A DNA stretch of 64,000 nt from positions 92,442,001 through 92,506,000 of the forward strand of contig NC_042999.1 in assembly GCF_006345805.1 (NCBI RefSeq), written 5' to 3'. Positions within the stretch are counted from its first letter, which is position 1, and each line of letters opens with the position of its first letter. This DNA comes from Octopus sinensis (lineage: Eukaryota). The translations under genes and the position numbers were made by a program. The notes beneath the pieces are model-generated. The model saw nothing but the letters and a program-made list of their open reading frames with translations. It had not been told where the DNA came from and did no database searches. Positions 13,109 through 26,501 of this stretch are shown one piece after another.

Positions 13109-14180
13109 TGTAATCAAAGTGACTTTACAGGAAGTCGTGAAGTGTCGCTTGTTTGTCGGAATATCGTTTTTTGTTCGTGTATAGTTCGTGGAGGATTTGT
13201 TGGACTGTTACGTTGTTGTTACCCTGCTTCTTTATATATTTTATTGTTACACACGATTATAGTTTATAAACAAGTATCGACGTAAATAGTGGCGATGCTA
13301 CGATAATTGGCAGCGAGTAAATACGTTAAAATATTGGCGACGAGGATTCGAAGCTCACGCTCGTCAGTTAACAAATTTTTGTGATGCAAAGTTGTTATGG
13401 AAGACCTATTAGTTCCTATAATTCAATCGCAAAAGCAACACCAAGAACAGCAACAAGAGTTGCATAAACAATTACCTCAGCAACAAGAAGGACAACATTA
13501 TATAGAGCTATGTCTTAAGAAGTCCGGAAACACTATAAATTCGTTTTCGTCAGACGGCTTATCGAACTCTAAAACAGAATTCAGTTATGACTGGTGGTGG
13601 GGTTGGGTGGGCGGGGGGGGGCTATAACGCATGCAGAGTACTTTAGAAGGTACAAAGAAATCTTCAGAGGAGATTGCAAGTCGTAAATTAGCGCTGGCTG
13701 AACATGAAAAATATTGTAATTTCATACTACCCGCCAAAAAACTCGTGAAATTTGTCTCCCGAAAACATTCGAACTACTATCAAAAATATTCAGTGATAAG
13801 AGTTCCCTATTTAACACTCTATAGGAGTGTTGGAATCTACATAAAAAAGAGAATGAAGACTTTGTCACGTATACCGGGACCGTAAGCCGAATGTGCGAAA
13901 GGTTTAAACTGAAGGAACTAACTCCTGATATATTTAAGTGCCTTATTTTTGTACAAGGGATTATGGATTACAAAGTTGCGGGGATACGTTTCTCACAAAA
14001 CTTGAACAAGCCCACTAAAGCTTAACCCTGCAGACAGTTGTAAGAGAGTGTCAAAGAATGGTAAATTTACGTCAGGACGTAAAGAATTGAAGAGTTCTCA
14101 CAAGTACAAGCGTGCCGACCGGGAAGGCATAAACAAAAACACAAAAAAAATGTTAAGATCAAACCCTGTAGCAAGGGTTT
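13109..14180 (+). mobile_element. Gypsy (Mag/K02A2.6-like) LTR retrotransposon 5' part: putative LTR, PBS, decayed gag
   Basis: Frameshifted gag: EKYCNFILP, SKIFSDKSSLFNTL, KKENEDFVTY, RMCERFKLKELTPDIFKCLIFVQG, LTLQTVVRECQRMVNLRQD; PBS upstream. LTR start is approximate. Confidence 0.8.
13335..13347 (+). promoter_or_regulatory. Primer binding site, complementary to the tRNA-Ser(GCU) 3' end
   Basis: TGGCGACGAGGAT is the reverse complement of ATCCTCGTCGCCA, the usual eukaryotic tRNA-Ser(GCU) 3' end; lies ~60 bp before the gag ATG. Confidence 0.75.
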
Positions 14181-14184
14181 GAGC

Positions 14185-15705
14185 ATAACATTTGATCTTA
14201 AACAAAAAGAGGTGTGTGTAGACTATTTCTCAAAGTACCCTGAAATTGTGAAATTGTCTGACCTATCAAGTAAAACGACAATCACAGCAGCGAAATCTGT
14301 CTTTGCCAGATACGGCATCCGAGATGAGCTCATGACAGATAACGGACCGCAGTTTACGAGAGCAGTGTTCCGTAACTTTGGTCTAGAATGGGACTTCAAA
14401 CACAGCATCAAGTCCGACATACCCACAATCAAACGGACAAGCTGAGCGTACACTTCAGACAGTAAAAATATCTGCTCAAAAAAAACAGAATCTAGTGGCC
14501 GAGATGTTTACTTAGCTATACTTGAGTACAGAAATATACCAGTTGACACGGTCAGTCTATCACCAGCCCAAATGCCAACGAGCAGGCGCCTGAAAAATCG
14601 CTTACCTGTATCCGATGCCTTGCTGGAACCTCAGGTACGACTATATCATCAGCTGAAAGCATGTCAAGACCAGCAAAAGTACTACTTATGACTGAGGTAG
14701 TATAGTTACCTCCCTTGAGTTCGGGACAGAAAGTCAGGATTCAAGAAGGAAGCCTGAAGATGTCAAATCAGTTGATGACGCACCAAGATTCTATAACATA
14801 ACAACGTCAGATGGAAGACAGTTTCGACGAAATCCCCGTCATCTGCGGACAGCTGCTGAGAATCCAGCAGCTCATCCAAATGGAGAATGTGAAGAGACAA
14901 TGAACTGCAATACAAATGAGTCTGAGACTACAAACACAATCTGTAATCAAACTCTGAGATCCAGATGAAAAAACATGCCGGAACGATATCGAGATTGATA
15001 TTAAAAAATGTTGAGTTCGAGAAGTGCTCCATGAAAAGAGAGATTCATGAAATGTGTTAAATGTCGAATTTCAAGTTAAACAAGTTGAACTGTATTAATT
15101 GCTAGAAAGCATATTTCATTATTCTTTCCGCGTTTGAAGAAGTTAAAGCGATTATTTTCTTAATGGAAAAAAAAATCATTTATGGACAGTTAAATTTAAA
15201 GAAGATATATTCATGGACTTTAAAGAAAGTTGCTTTATCAGAATGATAATGAATATATAATAGAGTTTATTTGAAGTTGATAATTTAAGCTCCAAATATT
15301 GGCATAACTTAAAATTTGTGTGTATATTGACTACAATGATAACTCTTGCAACGTTTGTAAAGAAGGGAGATGTAATGAAGATAAATTTACGTTAAGCTGT
15401 GCACACAAAGTCTGATGTCAGAGTTTGTGACGCATGACGTAACAAACAGTAATCGCCGCGCCCTATGACATGTCATAATTTACACTATGCATATCTTTGG
15501 GACAGGACTGCAGTATGCGCGCGAATCTACAAGAATCTACGCACACGCCCCTCCCCCCACGCACACAACCACACAAAAAGCTACACATGTAGCATACGCT
15601 TACACATATGCTGTTTTTACTTGTATATCCGGCGCACTACATATCTTACACGAAGCAGACGGCGTAAAACTTTCATAAATGAAATTTACATAGAAGACAA
15701 GGCTA
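14185..15705 (+). mobile_element. Gypsy integrase core, PPT and 3' LTR
   Basis: VDYFSKYPEIVKL...SVFARYGIRDELMTDNGPQF (rve core), then YLAILEYRNIPV...SPAQM; PPT followed by a TGTAA-starting LTR ending at TTACA (15690) or CTACA (~15705). Confidence 0.85.
15359..15370 (+). promoter_or_regulatory. Polypurine tract
   Basis: AAAGAAGGGAGA immediately before the LTR-start TGTAAT at 15371. Confidence 0.8.
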
Positions 15706-16352
15706 CAAGGTTCTGAGACCTCTCCAAATCACGCTGCATGTCTAGTGTTGGTAGTGGAGACAGACAATTCAATGAATAATCAAATTTATTAACAAAATCA
15801 ATTACAGGCATGATGACGGATTAGCTACCACATACACAATACGGGACAAAATAAATCATAATATCAAAGAAGTCCTAAAGAAAATTAAATAATAAAAGTC
15901 AGTAAAAGTACACTTAAGGTGAATAACAATTATAAAATTATCAATTAATAACAAAAGATTAAACTAAGCTCATTTCTCACCATAAAACAATAGATTTATT
16001 CATTAAGCTTTAAATGATGAATTAGACAATATCTAGACACAATACAATCTTATCAGTTGCTGAATTATAATGTAAACCTTTGCTCTGATCGATGATCCAG
16101 TCTAATAGTTCTTTCTCTAATTAGAGCCTGGTTCCATCTGCATGCACTTTTCGTTCTTAACATGTCGACTAAAGTTACTTTCTGCTTACCTCATTTCCTG
16201 CAACCTTCTCTGATACAAAAACCACCATTTCAGCAACTACCTTCTACAAATTTTTCACTTTGAAAGCGATAGTATATGACAGACACTTTTGCATTGCACC
16301 TATAGTTGTCTTTATGGCAGTGTTTGATACGGAATACAATTTTATGTAAATA

Positions 16353-16522
16353 AGCGCAGGCACCACAGTGTGGTAAGAAGCTTACTTCCAAACCACATGG
16401 TTCCAGGTTCAGTCCCAATGCGTAGCACCGTGGGCAGGTGATTTGCACTATGGCCTCAGACCGACTAAAGTCTTGTGAGAGAATTTGGTAGACGGAAATT
16501 TGGTAGACGGAAAGGAGCCTGT

Positions 16523-16524
<2 letters not shown>
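16353..16524 (+). mobile_element. tRNA-derived SINE (family A)
   Basis: A-box-like gtgtggtaag, B-box ggttcagtccc, then gcacc.tgggca.gtg...atttggtagacggaa; other copies at 23074, 27860-28135, 31810. Confidence 0.85.
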
Positions 16525-16619
<95 letters not shown>

Positions 16620-16654
16620 TATATATATATATATTTATATATATATATATATAT

Positions 16655-17037
16655 GGATGGAAGCACTCCGTCGGTTGCGACGACGAGGGTTCCGGTTGAT
16701 CCGATCAACGGAACAGCCTGCTCGTGAAATTAACGTGTAAGTGGCTGAGCACTCCACAGACACGTGTACCCTTAACGTAGTTCTCGGGGATATTCAGCGT
16801 GACACAGAGAGTGACAAGGCTGACCCTTTGAAATACAGGTACAACAGAAACAGGAAGTAAGAGTGAGAGAAAGTTGTGGTGAAAGAGTACAGCAGGGATC
16901 ACCACCATCCCCTGCCGGAGCCTCGTGGAGCTTTAGGTGTTTTCGCTCAATAAACACTCACAACGCCTGGTCTGGGAATCGAAACCGCGATCCTACGACC
17001 GCGAGTCCGCTGCCCTAACCACTGGGCCATTGCGCCC

Positions 17038-17040
<3 letters not shown>
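16655..17040 (-). mobile_element. Near full-length tRNA-derived SINE (family B)
   Basis: Minus head ggggcgcaatggcccagtggttagggcagcggactcgcggtcgtaggatcgcggtttcgattccc (A and B boxes); body shared with 50990-51260; (TA)n on both sides. Confidence 0.9.
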
Positions 17041-17087
<47 letters not shown>

Positions 17088-17519
17088 GTATACATATATA
17101 TGTATGTATATCATTATTCAGTTTATTTCAAGATATCTTGCCAATAGAGAAAGAATCAGTTTCTAACCTAGATCCAAGGTTCCTTCTTTGGAGTTTCAAA
17201 ATGAATAACAGGGTATGTTTGTTTGTTTGTATGTATGTATGTATGTATGTATGTACGCATGTATGTATGTATGTATGTATGTATGTATGTATGTACGCGT
17301 GTATGTACGCATGTATGTTTGTATGTATGTATGTATGTATGTATGTATGTATGTATGTATGTATGTATGTATGTATGTATGTATGTATGTATGTATGTGC
17401 AGATTTGTATGTTTTATGTATGTATTCTCATGCACAGAGCTACATAAGTATACATGCTCATATACATTTAAATGATAAACTTCTGGAAAATTTTACAGAT
17501 TTTTACACTTCCAGTAGTG

Positions 17520-18190
17520 GATTGGATCTGTAGCCTTCACATTAGCTTTCTCCTTTCTGGTTTTGAGAAGCCTAATTTCTCAAGATTGGTATTTAGGCAG
17601 TGTGTTACATCTCCCAGGGTCTCAATAATTCCAGGTATAAACCTGAACTTGTAATCTGGATAGAGTAACTGTAGATTTCTCAATAGGTCAGTATAGGTGT
17701 TCTCTTTTTCACTGATCTTCAGCTTTATGTTAACATCCGTTGGGCAGTTCATTTCTACAACTGATCCCAAATCATTATATCAGGCCTATTGTACTTACAT
17801 TTTATTGAGGTTTCCACTGGTAAGTTTCACCAGTATTCCTTTTCATTATGAGTGGCTATGGTTTCTACCATTTTTGTGGGTTTCTATTTCTTTGTCCTCC
17901 GGATTATCCTTCCTACGGATTTCAATGTAGAGTGTCCTAGCTACAACGTCATGTCTCATCGGTTGATAATACCGTGATGATATTTTCGGACAACTGCCTA
18001 TGATGTGTGTGATATCTTCAGTGTGAACTCCACAAAGTTTGCATCGGTTGTCATATTTTACGGCTTTTCCCACATCTCTATCCCTTTTGTGCATCAGGTA
18101 CTTGGTCGATATTTCCTGTTCCTGGATTGCAAACGCATACCCTTCAAAGTGAAAGGTAATAATCCGGCTATTCATCCATGATAAACTGCT
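17520..18190 (-). mobile_element. R4/Dong-like LINE 3' fragment: CCHC knuckle plus restriction-like endonuclease
   Basis: CKLCGVHTEDITHIIGSC, RHDVVAR, NRPDIMIWD, VVEMNCP...EKENTY (CCHC and PD-(D/E)xK pattern). Confidence 0.85.
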
Positions 18191-18679
18191 TTGATGATCG
18201 ATGTTACTATCATCACGGAGCTATGTATGTATGCATATATGTTTGTATTCAGGTTCAGCCTCTGTTCGTGATCACTAAATTAAGAACAATATACTCTTTG
18301 AGCAGACTCATGTCGAAGCTCTTGTAGAGAGAAAAGGGGCTATGATGTATAAAAAGTCACAAGTTAATTACATTGTTCAACATTTTTTCTCATTTTATTT
18401 TTCATTTTTAAAATGGTTTTTATGTTATTTTATTCTTATCCATTTGCTTGTTTCAGTCATTGGACTACTGGTATTCTGGGAAACCACTTATAGGGTCTTA
18501 GCCGAACAAATCGACCCCAGTATGTTTGTTAAAATCCCGGAACTTAGTCTCTCGGTCTAGGAACGTAAATTAACACCGGTTCTGAAGTGATGGGGAACAA
18601 AGACAAAGACAAGCACACATACACACATTTATATGTATACACGCACACACTAATACAAACATGCACACTTACACACACC

Positions 18680-18902
18680 TACGAGGAGCGCTAAAAAGTT
18701 TCTGATGCTGAAAAGTTCCTGGCTTTAAGGATATCGCAACAGGCCTGGTTCGAGACCTAACCTTCTGGGTTCTGTTACAAGGCTTACAAAAACTGAAGGG
18801 TCGGTACAATAAGTGTGTGAATAATAATAAAATTATAATTAACAGATCTTCCTGTATTTTCATTTATCGAAAGCCAGGAACTTTTCAGCCCCACCCCACG
18901 TA
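18680..18902. mobile_element. Mariner-derived MITE
   Basis: Perfect 19-bp inverted core CTGAAAAGTTCCTGGCTTT (18708-18726 / 18870-18888), TACGAGG-type end, TA flanks; interior KLKGRYNKCVN resembles a mariner C-terminus. Confidence 0.8.
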
Positions 18903-18982
18903 TATATATATATATATATATAAACGAATGTGAGGACGTGTAGAAGGAATATATTACCTTGACGCTTTGTGAAAGGAGAGAG

Positions 18983-19017
18983 TTTGATGTTTCGAGCATA
19001 GATCTTCGTCGGAAAGG
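18983..19017 (-). ncRNA. Decayed minimal hammerhead, same family as 44181-44225
   Basis: Minus ttt-CCGACGA-a-gatc(tat)gctc-GAAAC-at-c-aaa. Confidence 0.5.
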
Positions 19018-19084
19018 AGAATGGGAACAGTTCAAAGGTTGAAAAGAAATCGCCATCGGAGCACGTGTAGGTATATTATGACAA

Positions 19085-19215
19085 GCTTCCACAGAGATTC
19101 TGTCTACCAAATTCACGCGGGATACTGTAGATATTTGCCCAAAGTACTGCGCACTGGGTCTAAAGCAGAAATCATGAAGTTGCAAAACGAACTTCTAAAC
19201 CACGCAACCATGCTA
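19085..19215 (-). mobile_element. SINE family A, decayed
   Basis: ttctgtctaccaaattc...atttgcccaaagtactgcgcactggg is the reverse complement of the family A body. Confidence 0.6.
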
Positions 19216-19996
19216 TCGCCTCTATTGTTTAGTTTTAATCTTTTATGATATTTAGTATTATTTTAAATCAATTTATGTATTTACGTCACGTTTCCGTTGT
19301 CTGTATTTTTGCTATAACTTCTAAAATCTTGACAGGCAAAGGCGAAGAAAGAGCATCATTTTGTTAGTGCCTTACCTATTCTGTTATACAGAAGAGCAGT
19401 TTCAATAGCAACAATAATCACTTTCGTGTATATATTTTGAAAGAAAAAGAAATGAAGGGAGCAAAAATATAATAGAAGTTTAGTAAAATTGAGTGAATTA
19501 GTGACTACAAAACTAACCTACTGACATGAATTAGGTAGTTGTGACATTCACAATGTTTAGCAGCCAATTAAATTAAACACCTTCTTGAACTGAATTTTTG
19601 TCAACCATCGCAAATCGAAACCGGGAATATAATTTAATCCTACTAGGAGCATACTTATTATTCTGTTCCACTCATCAAGTATGGAAAAATTGATAATAAT
19701 AGACAAGATAAAAGAAACGTGTTGAATACATACAACGAATCGACATTTGACCTCGAACCTATTAGAAGCTATCTCTTGTTCTTCTTGTTTTATATATTAT
19801 ATATTTACAGTGGTGGTGTTACACGCTTCTACAAGACATACACCCACACAACACACACATAAACACACACAGACACACAAGCACACACATATATGTCTGC
19901 TGCTTGTGTGTGTGCGTACGTGAGTGTGTATACTTATCTCTATACGTATATCACCACGCACAGACACATATATGCCCAACATGTATCCGTATGTGT

Positions 19997-20058
<62 letters not shown>

Positions 20059-22517
20059 GCATTTGTCTTTTCTTTACACTGTTGTGTTCAACTCTGAGGC
20101 GACTGCTTGACGACGTCTCATTTCACGTTGATGCCGTCTTCAACAGAATATTTTATTTACATTATTTATGCTGATCTCTTCAACAAACACAAATGTCCTT
20201 TTCATTCGTTGCTTTCACATATTGACAAAACTCTGCTGCACTCTCTTGTAATTGCTTCGTATGTTCTCGGCGCCAGCAGAGATTTCTTCATGCTCAAAGT
20301 GCAACGTGCTAATGGCAAAGAATACAAATATTAGCTATATCGCTGTTTAGATGGCACCTATTCTATTTAGACGGGTGAATGCTGTTGTTTGCAAAGCCGC
20401 ATCTTAACTAAACTTTTCTTTATTGCAATGTCTTTCGTTTTCTCAGGAAACATCTGACAGGTTATCACATCTATTGTTAGTCTGACGCAGTCGTTTCCAT
20501 GTTTGTGGATTCCAAGTAAGTTTATCTTATTTTCCCCCTCATCTTTAATATGCTTTGGCATAAAATTATCTAGGTGCTCTGAGGACCATTCTAGAAATGA
20601 CTAATAGATATACTGTTTCCTATCTCAGCTTGGAAATCAACATCCTAGCAACTAAAACGCTGAAAAGTGGTGCTTCAGAATAAAGGATGCTTTTCTAAAA
20701 ATACATCGAAATTAACGTATCACTGTTGGCGGAAAAATTCTGCATAATGGTAATTGATAATGTAGAATAGTTCTAATTCACTAGCTCCAGTATCACACAA
20801 AATTGCGTCACAGGGTGAAGTGTGAGGTTTCACAATATCATAGCCGAAAACATGTGTATAAATTGAAAATAGTTGAAAGCTAAAAACGTATCGGAAAGAA
20901 AATATATGAAAGAAAATATCATTAAATATAAATTACATTCCATCAATAAAACTTGTCGACCAATAGGTCTCATCGCAACAGACCCATCATCAAAAGCGAT
21001 CCATCTGTGACTATCCTGTCTTTAATTCAGGAGTGTAATCAGTAATCAGGACCGAATTATCCAATTCATCTTCCTGATATAAAGGCAGAGATGATTAGAG
21101 GGAGATATGATCACTGAGTTTCTTTCTTTTTCGTAGTTCGAGTGACAACACTGTTTTTTTGATTAGCTAAGAATCACCAGGAGTTCCATCATTGGCTCGG
21201 AAAATCTTGGAAGAGACCAGATTAGTTTATGTTAATCGTTAATCAAAATAATCATATTGATGCCCAGAATGAGATTTTATATTTCTTTAGTAATAATCTG
21301 CCATTTTCTTTTGAATTTAACTCAGCTTAAACCTAACATTTATTAGTCACTGGATTCAATATTCTTTTGCAAGTCAGCATAAAAACACATATGCTATTCT
21401 TTAAATGATTTGCCTAAATCCGTGTTCTAAGTAGCTCTCAATTAAGTAGCTATCAATTAAATAGGTAAGTAGCTACCACTTAATTTGATGTAAGAAAATA
21501 TTTTTAATTTCCCATTATTAACATACATAAGATTATATCTTAGAGAACCCTGAGAGAATATTTATGTTTAATATGTACGTTTTTCTTAGCTTCAGTGTGG
21601 TAACACTCACTCATGTTCAGACAGTGAAATCTTTGAAATATAAATCAATATGAAGAAAAATAAATCTATTGTTGTAGAAATACTTGGCAATTTGAAATAA
21701 AGAAAACAGCGAAAGAAAGAACATATTCAGTTCTATTTGTAGCAAATCTAAGAAAACTCAACCAGGTTGAACTCGTATTTGGGGTCAGACGATCATATTC
21801 TCTCCAAGTTTTATAATACCGACATTATTTTATAGTAAGAGAAGTAATGTATTCTTACATAGAAGTAATTTCATATACATCTATCAACAAACTATGTAAT
21901 AATATATACGATCTGTCACAAGCACTTTATGTCAGTTATATACTAGACACAAGTCGATCAACATTAGACATTGATTAAATACTAAATATAATGAATCAGA
22001 TACAATTTATTCAACTTCCTACATACATAAACTTACTAAGCTACAGTGTATACACAAAAAATAGATATACAGTGTCATATCAATATGTATTTCTCGAATC
22101 AAAAAAGGCTCACGATGACTTTTTGAAAGTCTTGTATTACGATCGAACCAACAACATCATTGTAATTGAAGATACATACTTAATAATTACTTATAGGGAC
22201 ACCGTATTTTGTTATGTAACCATAGTATACAACCAAGTAAACTAAACGCTTTATAAGTCAATACTGTGTTCTGTCGTGTCAGCAGTGCTATTAAATCCCT
22301 TTTGAAGACGTCCCTGCAAGTAATTCTATACGTATCTATGCCAGAAATGTGTTTAATATGTAAAATTGGTATATCTAATAGAGTTACAATGCTATAGTTA
22401 GTAGCTGTGAGTACGTGGATCGTTAATGGATTGGATGTGGTGCTGAAGAAGAGGCAAGAACTTTTAAAATATGCATACACACCCATTACCTATTTTACCA
22501 TCTTTGGTTGCATTATT

Positions 22518-22552
22518 TACATTAGACGTATTCGGATACGAAACGTCGTAGC
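22518..22552 (+). ncRNA. Degenerate hammerhead-like motif
   Basis: tac-attagac-gtat(tcgg)atac-GAAAC-GTC-gta: stem II, ACGT palindrome and GUC intact; CUGANGA box decayed. Confidence 0.4.
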
Positions 22553-23073
22553 AAATCAGTGCTGGCTACAACTTCTATAGATAATCTGTAGAGAGAACCA
22601 AAAAAATGTGATTGAAAGATTTATCAAGTTTCGCTCACTTTTTCTTGACATTAAGCTGTCAACATTAGTATTTGGAGGTTATTTATTAAAATGCAGACGC
22701 ATGCAACTCATTGAAATAATGTTACAGGGTTTAACAGCTCATCAGTAATTATTTCTAGAGCAGTTTAGGAGGATGGGGTGAGTGAATCCTGGTGAGATTC
22801 TAAATAATAAAATGAGCTGTGTCAATATTCACCGCCGAAATTAGATTTACAGATTGATGAAGTGCAAAAATCTGTTTCGGCAAAAAACAAAAACATAAAA
22901 AAAAACACAAAAAAAGCTACTAATGAGATACTGGAAAGATACAATTGCAGTATCATTATATTTAATTCAGCGCTACATAGTTTCTGGTAATCTATCAATT
23001 CCTTCCCTTCTTTAAAATTCCGGCCGTCAACTTTCAGCTATTTAAGGTCCCCGTTAGTCTAATTTTACATATA

Positions 23074-23193
23074 GGCGCAGGCGTGGCTGTGTGGTAAGAA
23101 GCTTGCTTCCTACGTGGTACCTTGGGCAAGCATCTTCTACTATAATTTTGGACCGACCAAAGCCCTTTTGAGTGAACTTGGTAGACGGAAACT
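23074..23193 (+). mobile_element. SINE family A with internal deletion
   Basis: ggcgcaggcgtggctgtgtggtaagaagcttgcttcc...ccttgggcaag...ggtagacggaaact. Confidence 0.8.
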
Positions 23194-23200
23194 ATATATC

Positions 23201-23255
<55 letters not shown>

Positions 23256-23419
23256 TTTCCTCGTCTAGGCTTACAGGCCCTCATTATTTGTTTTCCTGTC
23301 CTGTTTCTATTCCTTCTTGTACTGTATTTTTTGTAATTGTATTTGTTTTTAATTGTATTGTTTTACGTCCTGTTTTTGTCACATTTTTTTCCTTGTTTTA
23401 CCCTCGGCAAAGGAATTTT

Positions 23420-23745
23420 ATTTAATTATTTCGCAAGAAGGACTAGTTCGACGAGACGTATTCTGTCCTCACCTTCGAAACACGCTGGAGTTGAACTAAG
23501 GGCATCTGATGAAGGGGATTTTCCTTGTGTAGTTGTCTTGTACTCTGTTTTTTCGTTGTTAAAAAATGGTCCGTTCCATGCTGTTTTTACTTTTTCGTTT
23601 CTCGTTGAGTTCTACGTCTATTTTTGGTGTCCTGTACACACGTATATATATTTGTATATGCATGTATATATACATGTAGATGTAGGTACGTACATATATG
23701 TTTGTATGTATGCATATATTTTATTTATTACACTATTGTATGACT
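23420..23745 (+). mobile_element. Non-autonomous repeat, copy 2 of the 3195-3530 family
   Basis: Colinear similarity over ~300 bp. Confidence 0.6.
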
Positions 23746-23812
23746 GAGCGCCCTCGCGTCGATTCGATTCGATTCGTTTAATTTCGTTTCGTTTCTTCTT
23801 CTTCTCTAAGCT

Positions 23813-23867
<55 letters not shown>

Positions 23868-23894
23868 ATAGCTATGTGTGTGTGTGACTGTGTT

Positions 23895-24088
23895 TCTCCC
23901 CACCACCGCTTGACAACCGGTGTTGTGTATACGTTCCAATAGCTTAGGAATTAAACAAAAAGAGAACGTTAGAAGTACTAGGCTTTAAAAAATAAGTCCT
24001 TGGGTCGATTTTTTAAAACTAAAACCCTTCAGTCAGTGCCCCAGCATGGCCTGAATCAAATGACTGAAGCAAGTAAAAGAAATAAATA
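23895..24088 (+). mobile_element. SINE 3' module ending in gtgccccagcatggcc...tgactgaagcaagtaaaaga
   Basis: Related tails at 32540-32720 (+) and ~18440-18520 (-). Confidence 0.75.
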
Positions 24089-25543
24089 CGGCCCCGCTTC
24101 GTTGTTCATCCCAAATCCAAGTTCTGCTGTGTCTAGAATTTACTACATTTGTATCTATAGTGCTTACAGTATGTATTATACAGCAAGTTACATCGTCGTG
24201 TCAACATAACCAGTTCTTAGTTCCTAAGATTTCAAAAATCAAAATGTAACTGAAGTCCTAATATTAAGTATGTAAAATTTGATTGGAATTTTGAAATAAG
24301 GGAAAGAACTGGTTGCTTAAAAGAAATAATGAAGTGCTAGATGAAATATAATTTGTCTCTTTCCGTCATCATGTTCTCAGTTAAAGATTTGCCGGAAATG
24401 ATTTCACGTTTCATCATTCTGTATTCAATAAGCTATCGATTTTTTTTCTTTCCTTTTACAAAGGAAATCCTGTACTTAATGAAAATATATCAAAAGAAAA
24501 TGTCAATTTCATTTGCTATACTGTCAGCACTTGCTGGCTTTTAGCTTCCAGTCAGTTCTGACTGATTTGACTTATGATCAAAGATATTTTAGCCACGGCC
24601 CATATATCTTTTAGTGTACAAAATACTTGATGTCCAATATACCCTTCCTTTATTACGATGACAGGATGTGATTTTTAGCTGCTATTTTAAGCAGCTCAAT
24701 AGGTCACGTAAACGTTCTCTTATTGGCACGTCGTTCGAAATTTTGCATTTTTGTATTACATAAGCACATTTTTATCATTTATTTATCTAACAAAGAATCT
24801 AACACACGTGGTCTCCATAACGATCGTAGCTATTATAAGGGAGATCATGTTCTCAGAGCGTTTTAATTGTCATAAAATATATGTGATCTCTGCTTTGCTG
24901 TACTTTGATCCATTTATCAGCTCGCCACGTGATAAACTGAAGTAGCAGGATTATACAAAGATCAGTTGCATGTATAGATTGACATTTGCGAAAGCGGAAA
25001 ATCGTTTGTAACTGAAGAGAAGATAAACTAAGTTACTAATATAGATCGCGAGGAGCTTATAATCCCTTTGCATTATTTTGATGATTTTAATTGTCAACGA
25101 ATAGATTAGGAAGAAATATAGACTACCAAGAATTGTCCCTTTGACAATTTTCTAATTTCGTCGAATATTTGTATTTATGCTAATGCAATTATGTATATTT
25201 CGGAGTTGCAAGTCTGAAAATATACATAATTGTATTTGGCCTTTGGCAATTGACTCGATCTGGGATTGTATGTTGAAACTGATAAAATTACGTCATCATC
25301 ATCATCATCATCATCATCACCATCAACAAAAACAACAACAACAACATCAACAACAACAAAACTTAACTTTCACGTCTGTACGGAATTTATAGATACTCCA
25401 TAGCTTTTATCCCACCTATATCCCACCTATATCCCACCTATCGCCTATATGTATATAGACACACACGCACACATACTCTAATCTATCAATTCCTTCCCTT
25501 CTTTACTCCCGCACAAACTCCCGCACAAACACATACTCCCGCA

Positions 25544-25593
<50 letters not shown>

Positions 25594-25976
25594 ACACACA
25601 CACACACATATACACACACATATACACTCCCATCATTTTACAAATATTTGCGTTTTTCATTCGGTGCAAAGGCTTAGTAATTTGGTGGGAGGAGCGATTA
25701 GAATGGATCCGATATAGGTCAGAATTTATGTATTGTTGCTTATCAGACCTGCCGTGGTTCTTCCAAACCAATTGCTTCTATCTTGCTTCTGGATACTACA
25801 CCAAAACCCAACTCTTGCTTCCTACTGCCTTTTCTGTTTGGCTTTTCTTACTTGTGCAGTTCCTAAACACTCCTAAAACACAGACAGAAAGATTAATCAT
25901 GTCTTTGTATCGTCTATAAAGAGAATACACATTAAATTATTTCTTTTATGTATATCTTATGAAAGTATGTATGAAC

Positions 25977-26027
<51 letters not shown>

Positions 26028-26278
26028 TATATATATATATACATACATTTATGCAAGCATATATGTATATATATTTATATGTACATATATGCACACACAC
26101 ACACATATATATATACATATATGTATATATATATGTGTATATACATACGTGTGTGTGTGTATGTGTGTATGCATGCGTGCGTGCGGATGTATACGTTTAT
26201 ACACACACATATATATATATATATATATACGTATATATATACATATATAGATATACATATATACACACGCACATCCAC

Positions 26279-26316
<38 letters not shown>

Positions 26317-26392
26317 TTATATGTAAATATACACACACATATACACACACATATATATATATATATACATATATGTATATATATATATATAG

Positions 26393-26425
<33 letters not shown>

Positions 26426-26443
26426 TATACATGTATGTATATC

Positions 26444-26501
<58 letters not shown>

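Noticed and set aside
16966-17040. tRNA-like sequence on the minus strand
   Set aside because: It runs straight into a SINE body with no terminator or complete acceptor stem; it is a SINE head, not a tRNA gene.
20367-20561. ORF faintly resembling a Helitron Rep segment
   Set aside because: Similarity is too weak to support without an HMM search.
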